A stretch of 64,000 nt of DNA. Origin: Octopus vulgaris. Its lineage: Eukaryota. Of this stretch, positions 13,570 to 25,347 are shown piece by piece. Where the stretch lies: assembly GCA_951406725.2 (NCBI GenBank), contig OX597833.1, positions 12,710,001 to 12,774,000 on the forward strand. Direction: 5' to 3'. The notes under the pieces are model-generated. The model worked only from the letters and a program-made list of their open reading frames with translations. It was not told the DNA's origin and did no database searches. How positions within the stretch are numbered: position 1 is the first letter of the stretch; the number at the start of each line of letters is the position of its first letter. The translations under genes and the position numbers were made by a program.

Positions 13570-14014
13570 GCAAGGATCGATAAGTTTTTGAAAGCAGTGG
13601 CCCACAAAACCTCAGTTCAATTACTAAAATTAGTGAAATAAAAAGATGCGTGGCATCTTGGGCAAGTGTCTTCTGCTATAGCCCCGGGCCGACCAATGCC
13701 TTGTGAGTGGATTTGGTAGACGGAAACTGAAAGAAGCCTGTCGCATATATATGTGTTTGTCTCTCTAGCATTGCTTGACAACCGATGCTGGTGTGTTTAC
13801 GTCCCCGTTACTTAGCGGTTCGGCAAAAGAGAGACCGATAGAATAAGTACTGGGCTTACAAAGAATAAGTCCTGGGGTCGATTTGCTCGACTAAAGGCGG
13901 TGCTCCAGCATGGCCGCAGTCAAAATGACTGAAACAAGTAAAAGAGTATACATATTTTTACTAGTTTCAGCTCGAGAGCCATGGCCATGCTGGAGTGCTT
14001 GTTTCTACACACAC

Positions 14015-14050
<36 letters not shown>

Positions 14051-14119
14051 GTAGGTCCCGGGTTGATTCGGGGTTAACCACAGTAAATAAGGTACTCAAT
14101 ACATAGCAGAGTAAAATTA

Positions 14120-14251
14120 ATTTATTATATAGAAGGAGCTTCTACAGGACTAGAACTGTTTCATTCAAGAGAAATCTTCAGGAAGTGCTTCCTGAAGATT
14201 TCTCTTGAATGAAACAGTTCTAGTCCTGTAGAAGCTCCTTCTATATAATAA

Positions 14252-14253
<2 letters not shown>
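14120..14253. ncRNA. Perfect palindrome (66-bp arms) carrying a hammerhead motif on each strand
   Basis: Plus strand 14187-14235 reads GCUUC-CUGAAGA-UUUCUCUUGAAU-GAAACAG-uucuaguc-CUGUA^GAAGC, with a mirror copy on the minus strand. Stem II has a U.U at its base. Confidence 0.6.
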
Positions 14254-14285
<32 letters not shown>

Positions 14286-15037
14286 GCAAGGATCGATAAG
14301 GTTTTGAAAGCAGTGGCCCACAAAACCTGTTCAATTACTAAAATTAGTGAAAAAAAAATCAAAGAAACAACCGCCCCCATCACCACACACACACACATAA
14401 AAAACCGCACAAGACCCCTGTAGCAGATAGCCTGATACCCCATCCATACGGTAATTTCACTTCAAAATGCCTCCAACATGGAATTACCGAGATATGGAAT
14501 CTTGCACATGTTACATTGAGGCGCAGTATTCTACTTCAGCATATATTAAGAATCTACTTGGGTGTACAAAATAAAGATTAGTTGGGGGTGGACAGGACAG
14601 TATTCAGGCCTCAATATACCAAACGGTGAACATATGGCAGCGGCTAATTTACGTGAATAAGTGAACACAAAACGGAATATGTCTGAAGATGATGAAGAAC
14701 TGGGAGCGAAGTTGGCGTTTTTTTTGCTTCTTCCTCATTCATTATTCGCATTTCTCAATGGAGAATGAAATAAAATGGAATAAAGAGACACGTTTATGCA
14801 TAACACACACACTCTTCATACATCATAGGGAAATCTAAGCATTTATTTCATACATTTTTACCATGCATTTTTGTTGTTGTTACTCTCTTGTATGTAATAA
14901 GAGAAAAACGAAACAAAAAAACCCCGCCAAAACTTTAAACTTGGATACACACGCACATATACACACCTACATACACGTGTGTGTGTGTGTTTTTCAGATG
15001 TATTTTGTTTTACATTCATATCGTTTCATTCATTTTG

Positions 15038-15722
15038 GGACCTTTTCGGTTTGAACGGTAGTTTTTTTAAATAATTTCCACGTAATTAAACACTTTTAAA
15101 CTTTGTATACTGGTAGAATGTGTTTATAAAACATCTTTTTCTCTTGGCTTTAGTGAGAAAATTCTATAGTTTGTAAGGTACTCTCTTTTACTTGTTTCAG
15201 TCATTTGACTGCGGCCATGCTGGAGCACCGCCTTTAGTCGAGCAAATCGACCCCGGGACTTATTCTTTTGAAGCCCAGTACTTATTCTATCGGTCTCTTT
15301 GGCCGAACCGCTATTTATACGGGGACGTAAACACACCAGCATCGGTTGTCAAGCAATGCTAGGGGGGACAAACAGACACACAAATATATACACACACACA
15401 TATATATATATATATATACATATATACGACAGGCTTCTTTCAGTTTCCGCCTGCTTGTTTTTTTTCTTCAATTTCTGCGATTTCAACCAATCAATGACGT
15501 CTATTGAGGTAAAAAAACATTCTGCGCCGTATGAATACGTCCCACGTTTAAGAAACAGATTGGGTTTATTTACATTTTTGAAGAAAAAAAAAGATACCCT
15601 TCCCCCCACCCCTAACCCTAAAACAGATTGAAATGCAATAGATCGATACTAGGGTCATAATTATGGGTGACAATTTCATATGACACCGCTAGAAAAAACT
15701 GCCGTTCAAACCGAAAAGATCC
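15038..15722. mobile_element. Same MITE family, interrupted by a SINE (15180-15452)
   Basis: TIRs at both ends; internal sequence is the reverse complement of 36128-36576. Confidence 0.85.
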
Positions 15723-16164
15723 TTCGCATTTCACAATGGAGAATGAAATAAAATGAATAAAGAAACACGTTTATGCATAACACACACACTCTTCATACTT
15801 CATAGGGAAATCTAAGCATTTATTTCACACATTTTTGTTGTTGTTACTCTCTTGTATGTAAGAAAAGAGAAAAACAAGTCAAAAAAACCCCGCCAAAACT
15901 TTAAACTTGGACACACACGCACATATACACACCTACATACACGCGTGTGTGTTTTTCAGATGTATTTTGGTTTACATTCATATTGGGATAACAGACGACT
16001 CATAATGTCTTTTTTTTTTTACATCACATTTGAATGAAGAAGTGCTGTGCCCAAAAGCTTTTCTGGGGCTTCCGAGGCTGGTTGGTAGGATGTAGTTGAC
16101 CTCAGACCGAACTCCTAGTCTGAAACCTTGCAACTCGGATACACAAAACCAAAAGATCCAGTAG

Positions 16165-16430
16165 GGATCTTTTCCTTTTGAACGGCAGTTTTCAATACAA
16201 TTTCTAGTTAACTAAACACTTTTAAACTTCGTATACTGGTAGAATGTGTTTATAAAACATCATTTTTTCTTGACTTTATTGAGAAAATTCTATGGTTTGT
16301 AACATATTTCGAATAGAATTTTCTCAATAAAGTCAAGAAAAAATGTTTTATAAACACATTCTACCAGTATACGAAGTTTAAAAGTGTTTAGAAATTGTGT
16401 TGAAAACTGCCGTTCAAAAGGAAAAGATCC
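16165..16430. mobile_element. Fold-back derivative of the GGATC MITE
   Basis: Two inverted copies of the same end (about 120 bp each) around a short spacer. Confidence 0.8.
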
Positions 16431-17129
16431 AAAAGCAGTGACATAAAAAACCTTGAACAAATCAAATCAACTACCCAACAATAACAGAAACGACACCCCC
16501 GACTAGACTTCCACACAGTTTCCGCTTCTGAAATCCATCTCGACAAAGCAGGCATATATGTCCATCTGACTCTTATGTCAGAAAGTACTCAAGGTGCCAC
16601 GCAGTAGGATCTTGGGAAACCACGGAGTTAGAAAAAAAAAGCGAAACTTTTCAAAAACGGAAAGAAAAAAAGTCTCAACTGCCAAGACAGCCTTTATGCG
16701 GTCGTTCGACCTGCTAGAAATAAAAGGCAATTCTCTCTACAATCACACTCTAACGTATTAGAAAGGCAAAAATTAGATTAGAGGTATCCTAGAGGATCTT
16801 TTCGGTTTGAACGGCAGTTTTTTCTAGCGGTGTCATATGAAATTGTCACCCATAATTATAACCCTAGTATCGATCTATTGCATTTCAATCTGTTTTAGGG
16901 TTAGGGGTGAGGGAAGGGTATCTTTTTTTCATCAGAAATGTAAATAAACCCAATCTGTTTCTTAAACGAGGGACATATTCATACGGCACAGAATGTTTTC
17001 ACCTCCAATAGACGTCATTGATTGGTTGAAATTGCAGAAATTGAAGAAAAAAACAAATATCTTACAAACTATAGAATTTTCTCAATAAAGCCAAGAGAAA
17101 AAGATGTATATATATATATGTATGTATGT

Positions 17130-17330
17130 AAATATTTGTGTCTGTTCCCTCCCCCCACCATCTCTTGACAACCGATGTTGGTGTGTTTACGTCCCCGTAT
17201 AAATAGCGGTTCGGCAAAATAGACTGATAGAATAAGTACTAGGCTTACAAAGAATAAGTTCTGGGGTCGATTTGTTCGATTAAATACATTTCAAGACGAT
17301 GACCCCAGCAAATAAAAAAATAATAAATAA

Positions 17331-17365
<35 letters not shown>

Positions 17366-18117
17366 CACAGGCGTGACCGGGTGGTAAGAAACTTGCTTCC
17401 TAACCACATGGTTTTCGGGTTCAGTCCCACTGTGCGGCATCTTAGGCAAGTGTCCTTACTGTAGCCCCAGGCCGACCAAAGCATTGCGTGTGGATCTGGT
17501 AGACAGATAGTGAAAAAAATCCCGTTGTGTGTGTGAGTGTGTCTATATATGTTCCTCCACCATCGCTTGACAACCGGTGTTGGTGTCTTTGCGTCCCCGT
17601 AACTTAGCGGTTTGGCAAAAGTTATCGATATCAGACTTAAAAAAAAAGAAGTACTGAGTTCGATTCATTCGACTAAAAATTCAAGGCGGTGCTCCAGCAT
17701 GGGCACTGTCTAATGACTGAAACAAAGATATATATATATATAGTGGCTGTGTGGTAAGTAGCTTGCTTACCAACCACATGGTTTCGTGTTCATCCCATTG
17801 CGTGGCACCTTGGGCAAGTGTCTTCTCTATAGCCTCGGGCCGACCAAAGCCTTGTGAGTGGATTTGGTAGACGGAAACTGAAAGAAGCCCGTCGTATATA
17901 TGTGCGTGTATGTTTGTGTGTTTGTGTTTGTACCCCTAGCATTGCTTGACAACTGATGCTGGTGCGTTTATGTCCTCGTCACTTAGCGGTTCGGCAAAAA
18001 GAGACCGATAGAATAAGTACTGGGCTTACAAAGAATAAGTCCCGGGGTCGAGTTGCTCGACTAAAGGTGGTTCTCCAGCATGGCCACAGTCAACTGACTG
18101 AAACAAGTAAAAGAGTA
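17130..18117 (+). mobile_element. Cluster of family A SINE copies
   Basis: Partial copy 17130-17310; near-complete copies 17363-17727 and 17743-18117. Confidence 0.85.
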
Positions 18118-18126
18118 TATATATAT

Positions 18127-18233
18127 TTGATGATCTCTGAGGGGATGCCGTCTTTTCCCGGAGACTTGCCCCTGGCTAGGGCGTCAATAGCCTTGGTGAG
18201 CTCCGCTATAGCCGGCAAACTGCCAAGTTCGTA
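18127..18233 (-). mobile_element. Short LINE ORF2 fragment (RTE-like linker) inside (TA)n
   Basis: Minus strand translates as ELTKAIDALARGKSPGKDGIPSEII, the K.PG.DGIP.E motif that precedes the RT domain. Confidence 0.75.
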
Positions 18234-18429
18234 CATATATATATAAAACGATGATGAAAGTTCTGTTTCATTTCTTCTTTTCCTTTTTGACGCTATTTTT
18301 AGTTTTATTATTTTCCTGGAAAAACTAAGTTGAATATTTTACATGTATCTGAGGAGGAAATAATTCATTGCACGATTATATACCTAGTATAGACACACAC
18401 GTGTGTGTGTGTCTGTGGCACCTCAGGCC

Positions 18430-18490
<61 letters not shown>

Positions 18491-18731
18491 GTATATATGT
18501 TTGTGTATTTGTGTTTGTCCCCCAACACCATCGCTTGACAACCGATGTTGGTGTGTTTATGACCCCGTACCTTAGCGGTTCGATAGAATAAGTACTAAGC
18601 TTACAGAGAATAAGTCCCGGGGCCCATTTATCGACCCCGAAAGGATTTTGAACTCAGAACGTAACGGCAGACGAAATACGGCTACGCATTTCGCCCGGCG
18701 TGCTAACGATTCTGCCAATTCACTACCATAA

Positions 18732-18782
<51 letters not shown>

Positions 18783-18956
18783 AATTAAGGACTGAACACG
18801 AAAAGTGGACAGTCAACATGCTAGATATAGACGTCAAATCGCCATTCTCCACAAAAGATTATGTTCTCAAATCAACATAATCTTTTGTGGAGAATGGCGA
18901 TTTGACGTCTATATCTAGCATGTTGACTGTCCACTTTTCGTGTTCAGTCCTTAATT
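18783..18956. repeat. Perfect inverted repeat, 83-bp arms, 8-nt loop
   Basis: AATTAAGGAC..ATGTT-ctcaaatc-AACAT..GTCCTTAATT, located between (TA)n tracts. Confidence 0.95.
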
Positions 18957-19043
18957 TGTATATATAAATATTTTAATCTTCGGATTCTTTTTTAATATGC
19001 TAGACCACTGGTTTTAATTGATAAATATCAATTTCTACCCTTA

Positions 19044-19105
<62 letters not shown>

Positions 19106-20423
19106 ATCATGTATAGAGTTGTAATTAGCTTGTTTGTTCTATGAAACCACTCCTGTGTGTTTGCGTTTCGGAAACGTAGAATTGTGGTCGAACGAATGGG
19201 AGGGAGAGTGCTCAATAATATACGCAGAGTATGGTTTAATGAAACCGAAAGTTTACCATGCAACTCGAGTTAGAAGCCACCGCGACGCAGTGACGTGTGT
19301 ACACACACACACACATACACACACGTCACGCACATAGATAAACACGATGAAATTATTTTTAGTGGATTCGTGATCATGTATTTACACCAACATTCTTTTC
19401 TCACAGAACGAAAATAAACCCCCCTATCTTATAACTAAGCAATTATCTTAATATTTAGACACCTAAGCCACGCACCAACGTGCTGTTACCGTTCCTATCA
19501 CCCTACTACATGAGAACAGCTCGCTTTCTGAAACTTGAAACTATAAGAAACACTGTTTTATTATTGTCGATCGTATAAAAAATACAGCCAGAAATGTATA
19601 GGGAGGGGGTTAAAATTATTTTATCGATACCAGTAGGTGATTGCTACTTAATTTTATCGATCTCGGAGGGATGACAGGCAAAGCTGACCTCAGCGGAGTT
19701 TGAACTCAAAACCGTTAAAGGCCTGAGCTAGCTGAAATAAATATTGCCAAATATCGTTACCCACAAGTTACAGCTAAGGATGAATCGACCCCCGTGAAAT
19801 AATAATTATTATTAAACTAGTATTCTATCATTTTAACAAGTACCTACAAACAGATTTTCTGGAGGATGATACAGCCAGTCATCAAGCTGGTATCAAACAT
19901 CACTGGTATCTGTTTTGACTTCCGCGGTGATGAATGGCGAACACAAAACATCCAATGTCGAGATATAAATAAAATAAATGTTTGTTGTATTCATCACAGA
20001 GGGATTTTCTTAAAAGAGAGACACATTAAAAGGCCGTGGGTGTATCTAAATATATCACAATATAATAAACTAAGTGAATAAGTTCATAAGTTTTCAATGC
20101 AAAACGCAAAAGGTGACCAACTCTTCCTTGAAGCACAGATCGTTGAATGTAAAGTTTTAATATTTCTGATAAATATTATTATCAAGGATTGTTTTAAATA
20201 ATATTACAATCATAAAAGAAACTCTTTCTCCGTTTTAATACCTTGTTTTAGTAATTTAATTGACCAAAATCAATTAAGTTACTAAAACAAGCTTTTTTTC
20301 TTTTCATTATGGGTACCGAACACATTTTTTGATCGTTCAGGTAATAACAAAAACTTCGTGGCTCCTTCAGGTTTTGAAATCAAAACTTAATAAGACCTAG
20401 GGGAGTTGAGAGAGAAAGAAAGA

Positions 20424-20907
20424 TAAATAGATAGATAGATAGGTAGGTAGATAGATGGATAGATAGACTAATTGATAGATAGATAGTCTAATAGATAGAT
20501 AGATAGACAGACAGATAGATGGATAGATAGACAGACAGATAGATAGGTAGGTAGGTAGATAGACAGATAGGTAGATAGATAGATAGACAGATAGGTAGGT
20601 AGATAGATAGACTAATAGATAGTCTAATAGATAGATAGATAGACAGACAGATAGATGGATGGATAGATAGATAGATAGACAGACAGATAGATGGATAGAT
20701 AGACAGACAGATGGATAGATAGACAGACAGATAGATAGGTAGGTAGATAGTCTAATAGATAGATAGATAGACAGATAGGTAGGTAGATAGATAGGTAGGT
20801 AGATAGATAGATAGACAGACAGACAGATAGGTAGATAGACTAATAGATAGATAGTCTAATAGATAGACAGATAGGTAGATAGACAGATAAATAGATAGAT
20901 AGATAGT
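20424..20907. repeat. (GATA/GACA/GGTA)n compound microsatellite
   Basis: Read directly from the sequence. Confidence 0.95.
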
Positions 20908-20997
20908 ATGTGTGTAGCAGACATGAATGTTTTGTTTTTGTTTGTTATTTATTTCGTATTGAAAAACAAGTCAGAGGTAATATAATAATATATATAC

Positions 20998-21097
20998 CTT
21001 TAATGATAGTTTCAATAGCTTTCCTCTGTAGGTCTGACTTAAATTGTTTATGTTTGAAGACATCATTCAGTACCTGGTACATGCGGTCTTCATCCAT
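20998..21097 (-). CDS. RECQL5: RECQL5 coding exon 1 (MDEDRMYQVLNDVFKHKQFKSDLQRKAIETIIK, phase-1 end)
   Basis: ATG at 21097 in strong Kozak context (accATGg). The peptide matches RecQ motif 0 (L..VF....FKS.LQ..AI). Donor AAAG|GTATAT at 20997 joins in frame to exon 2, giving GKQDVFISMPTGSGKS. Confidence 0.9.
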
Positions 21098-21319
21098 GGT
21101 AAACTGCTTTAAATTGTATCTATGACATTGGTAAAAGTCGCAAGATTTCCAACTCGCTTCGTTGTTGTTGCCAATATCTCTGTGTATGTATATGTTTATA
21201 TATGTGTATATATATATATAGCTTGTGTGTGTGTGTCTATGTTTTCCAACTGACAACTCGACAGAGCTTCACCGGTTTAACATCGCCTACAATAATTTAC
21301 AATTAACTTTACAACAGTG

Positions 21320-21340
21320 ACCCACCGGAAGTCAACGCTT
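21320..21340. promoter_or_regulatory. Candidate RECQL5 proximal promoter ETS/GABP-type site (ACCGGAAGT, 21324-21332)
   Basis: Consensus ETS motif about 230 bp upstream of the ATG in a non-repetitive, CpG-containing stretch. Function is inferred only. Confidence 0.4.
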
Positions 21341-21886
21341 TTTTCCACAAAGGTCACATCCGATCGGGCCTTCAGTTTCTTAATTAGTAAACTTTGCAAG
21401 TGAACTTCGTCCCGGGTCCTTGATCTTGCTCCTTATTAAACCTATTTTGACTGGCATATCTTACACAAGCGGGTCCACCTGCCCCCCCCCCCCCACACAC
21501 ATCCCGGCTTTGTTTCTTCACAACTTGTGAAAGAAAAAAAAAATAAAGAAAAATATAGAAATTTACTTCGAATGTCTTTCGGATGATGTAGATCCACGGT
21601 TATATAATATTTTCTTATACTTTGTTTCAGGCATTAGACTGCGGCCATGTTGGGGCACTGCCTGCACAAAAAGATTTTAGTCTAACGAATCGATCTCAGT
21701 ACTTCCACCGCCCACCCCACCCCGCCGTTAAGTTACAGGGACATAAACAAACCAGCACCGGTTGTCAAGCGGTGGTGAAACACACAGACACGGACACACG
21801 ACGGGCTTTTTGAGTTATCTGTTTTTTTTATTATCCACATGGGGCTAAACACGGAAAGGACAAACAAGGACAGACAAACGGATTAG

Positions 21887-23459
21887 GGTTAAACTAAAGC
21901 GTTAAACCCGGTAAAAAGGACAAAAAAAAATTTGTGTAATGGGTGTAAAACAACTTGCTCTAAGCGAATATGATGAAAAAAATGCGCGCACGCGAAAGGG
22001 GAGTGGGGGAGAGGCCTCGGAAATTTCACATCTTCAGTCCACGGCCTTTAAACTAAGAAAAAAATAGTGTAATTGGTGTAAAACTACTTGTTCTAAACGA
22101 TTATCAAGAACACACACTCACACATGAATCATAAACTCCGTATTTTTGTACATATTTCGCAATAAAAAAAAGAAAGAGAAAAAATTCTGGAAAAAGTGAA
22201 GATATTTTAAAGTTAAAGAAAACATTCCTTATGAGATAACTTAATTTCACTTGTTAATACCATGTTTTTCTACAAGATCTTTTCAAGAAATACAGTTACA
22301 TAAACACACTTTGGTGAAGCGAAACATTCTTTGATTGGATTATTTATAATCCTTCCGAGTGAATATGCATATATCGCAGTTAATCTTTTTCTTGCTGTCA
22401 ACTAATAGATGACCTGTTGGTAATTGAAATGAAAATATTCTGAACTTAGAGCTAAACATTTGCGAATTGTTAGGCTTTTTGGAAAATTATGATTAATATT
22501 ACTTAGTTATTCTAGACTTAGGGAGGAACGACCAAATTTATCTCACTACCTGTTTTTTCCACTGAACAAATTTTAAAACACTTGACATTTGTTTGATAGA
22601 TAGATACCTGAGAATTTTAAAAGGGTACATTACAAACGTACATTTATATTATTCTTTAAAAAAATGATCTGCTTACTTTTTATTTTTATTTTATTATTTT
22701 TACTGGAACTTAATACAGTCATACAGTATAGTATAACCTATTGTAGCCGACTGAATTAAAAACTCAGTGCAATCTTGCTACGCTAGTAAATCTGTAAAAT
22801 ACCCATCAGATGCCTATCTGAAATGGAGAAAATACTAATAAACTTTATCAGGCCAAATAAAATTCGGTTAAAACGACTAAGCAAAGAGAAAGACGAATCC
22901 ATATATGCATTGTCAATTGATTTATATATAGTTAGATTCTGACACGCATTTTGATTCACACGGCGGAGATCCAACATTTCTTCACTTTTTCCAGAATTTA
23001 TTCTCTTTCTTTCTTTTTTTTTTTCTTTGCGAAATACGTACAAAAATACGGAGTTTATGATTCATGTGTGAGTGTGTGTTCTTGATAATCGTTTAGAACA
23101 AGTAGTTTTACACCAATTACACTATTTTTTTCTTAGTTTAAAAGGCCGTGGACTGAAAATGTAAAATTTCCGAGGCCTCTCCCCCACCCACCCTTTCGCG
23201 AGCGCGCAATTTTTTTTCATCATATTCGTTTAGAGCAAGTTGTTTTACACCTATTACACTATTTTTGTTTTTGTTTTTGTGCCCGGGTCAGACGCTTTCG
23301 GAAATTCCCGATGTGAATTTTCCGAGGCCTCTCCCCCACTCCCCTTTCGCGTGCGCGCATTTTTTTTTTTTTCATATTCGTTTAGAGCAAGTTGTTTTAC
23401 ACCTATTACACAAATTTTTTTTTTGTTTTTGTGACCGGGTTTAACGCTTTAGTTTAACC
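21887..23459. mobile_element. Non-autonomous long-TIR (Mutator-like/foldback) DNA element
   Basis: Inverted repeats of about 315 bp starting GGTTAAACTAAAGCGTTAAACCCGG, with a 9-bp TSD ACGGATTA(G/A). It splits a SINE whose two halves rejoin across it. Confidence 0.85.
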
Positions 23460-23777
23460 ACGGATTAAGTCGATTACATCGACCCAGTGGGTAACTGGTA
23501 CTTAATTTATCGACCCCGAAAGGATGAAAGGCAAGGTTGACCTCGGCGGAATTTGAACTCAGAACGTAACGGCAGACGAAATACGGCTACGCATTTTCGC
23601 CCGTTATGTTCACCCTGGTTGGCTTCTGGAATGTGGCAGAACAGAATTTTACGCTAATCTTTTTATGGGGGAATGAATAAAGCACCGGACTACTATTTCG
23701 GAAATTACGACTTGAAATCCACTGTAATTGTGTTAGCGGTTAGAATATTCTGCTCACGATGGTAAGGTCCGTGTGAG

Positions 23778-24929
23778 GGCAAGTCTTCCGCCCGTCCCCC
23801 CTAAAAAAAAACTACCCTTAAAAAATTTTTTTTTCGACACAACCCCCTCCTTTTCGGCAACGGGGAATACGAATCTTAAAAAAAAAAAATTGGCAAAAAT
23901 CGGCAATTTTTAAATTACTCCCCCTCCCCACCATTTTCCTTCATCTTTTTCACTTTTTTAGGAATTTTTTTTTTTTCAAAATATGCCGAAAAGTACGGAG
24001 ATTATGATTCTGAAAAAAGTTTCCAAAAATTTTTGTAAAATTAAAAAAAAGAAAATCTTTATTTCTAAATATGCGGAAAAATACGGACATTGTGATTCGA
24101 CAAAAATTTCAAAACAAATTTCTGTAGTTACGGTTAGAGTTGGGGTTTTAGGGTTAGGGTTAGTGTTAGGGGAAAAAGTCAAAATTGAAGAATTTGGGGT
24201 GGGAGGGAAAGAGGGGAAAAATTTAACATTGTCAATTTTTGGCAATTTTCCGGGATCTTTTCGGTTTGAACGGCAGTTTTTAACATAATTTCTAGGGAAC
24301 TAAAAGATTTTAAACTTCGTATACTGGTAGAATGTGTTTATAAAACATCTTTTTCTCTTGACTTTATTGAGAAAGTTCTATAGTTTGTAAGATATTTGTT
24401 GTTTTTTTCTTCAATTTCTGCAATTTCAACCAATCAGTGACGTCTATTGAGGTAAAAAAAACATTCTGTGCTGTACGAATATGTCCCTCGTTTAAGAAAC
24501 AGATTGGGTTTATTTACATTTGTGAAGAAAAAAAGATACCCTTGATACCCACCCATTTCCTTCATTTTTTAAAACTTTTTTTCAGAATCTTCCTTTTTTC
24601 AAAATGTGCCGAAAAATACGGACATTATGATTCGGACAAAAATTTCAAAACATTTCTGTAGTTACGGTTAGAGTTAGGATTTTAGGGTTAGGATTTTAGG
24701 GTCAGGATGCTAGGGTTTAGGTTTTAGGGTTAGGGTTAGTGTTAGTGTTGGGGAAAAAAGTCAAAATTGAAGAATTTGGAGTGGGAGGGAAAGGGGGGGG
24801 GTGGAATTTAACATTGTCGATTTTTGGCAATTTTCTGGAACCTCTGTATCTGGGCAAAAAACATTTTTTAAATGAACAAATTTGGGAGAAACTGGCGTGG
24901 GGTGGGGAAAGAAGGGCAGAAGTCTTTCC
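23778..24929. mobile_element. GG..CC TIR element with 8-bp TSD (Merlin-like signature) containing TTAGGG-like tracts
   Basis: TIRs GGCAAGTCTTCCGCCC / GGGCAGAAGTCTTTCC and TSD CGTGTGAG/CGCGTGAG. It interrupts a SINE tRNA head and holds a nested MITE fragment at about 24252-24540. Confidence 0.7.
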
Positions 24930-25347
24930 CGCGTGAGTTCAGTTCCTGATGGTACGCTGTGTCCTTGAGCAAAACGCTTTATTTCACGTTGCTCTATTCC
25001 ACTCAAGGGGCAAGAATGAGTTGCACCTGTTATTCAAAGGGCCAGCCCTATCATATTCTGTTTCACGCTGAATCTCCCTGAGAGCTACGTGAAGGGTATA
25101 CATGTCTGTGGAGTGCTCAGCCACTTACACGTTAATTTCACAAGTGAGCTGTTCCGTTGATCGGATCAACTGGGACCCTCGTCATTGGAACCAATATTTG
25201 CTTACATTCTGAGTTCAAATCCTGTCGAGGCCAACTTAGATTTTCATCTTTATGGGGGTCAATAAAATAAAGAACAAAACATACTGAGATCGATGGTATC
25301 GACTGAGGTTAACATGCAGTTTACCATCGTAAAAAAAGGGAAGTAAA

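Noticed and set aside
14400-14740. Intronic ncRNA or small ORF in unique sequence
   Set aside because: I found no recognisable snoRNA/snRNA boxes or protein similarity by eye.
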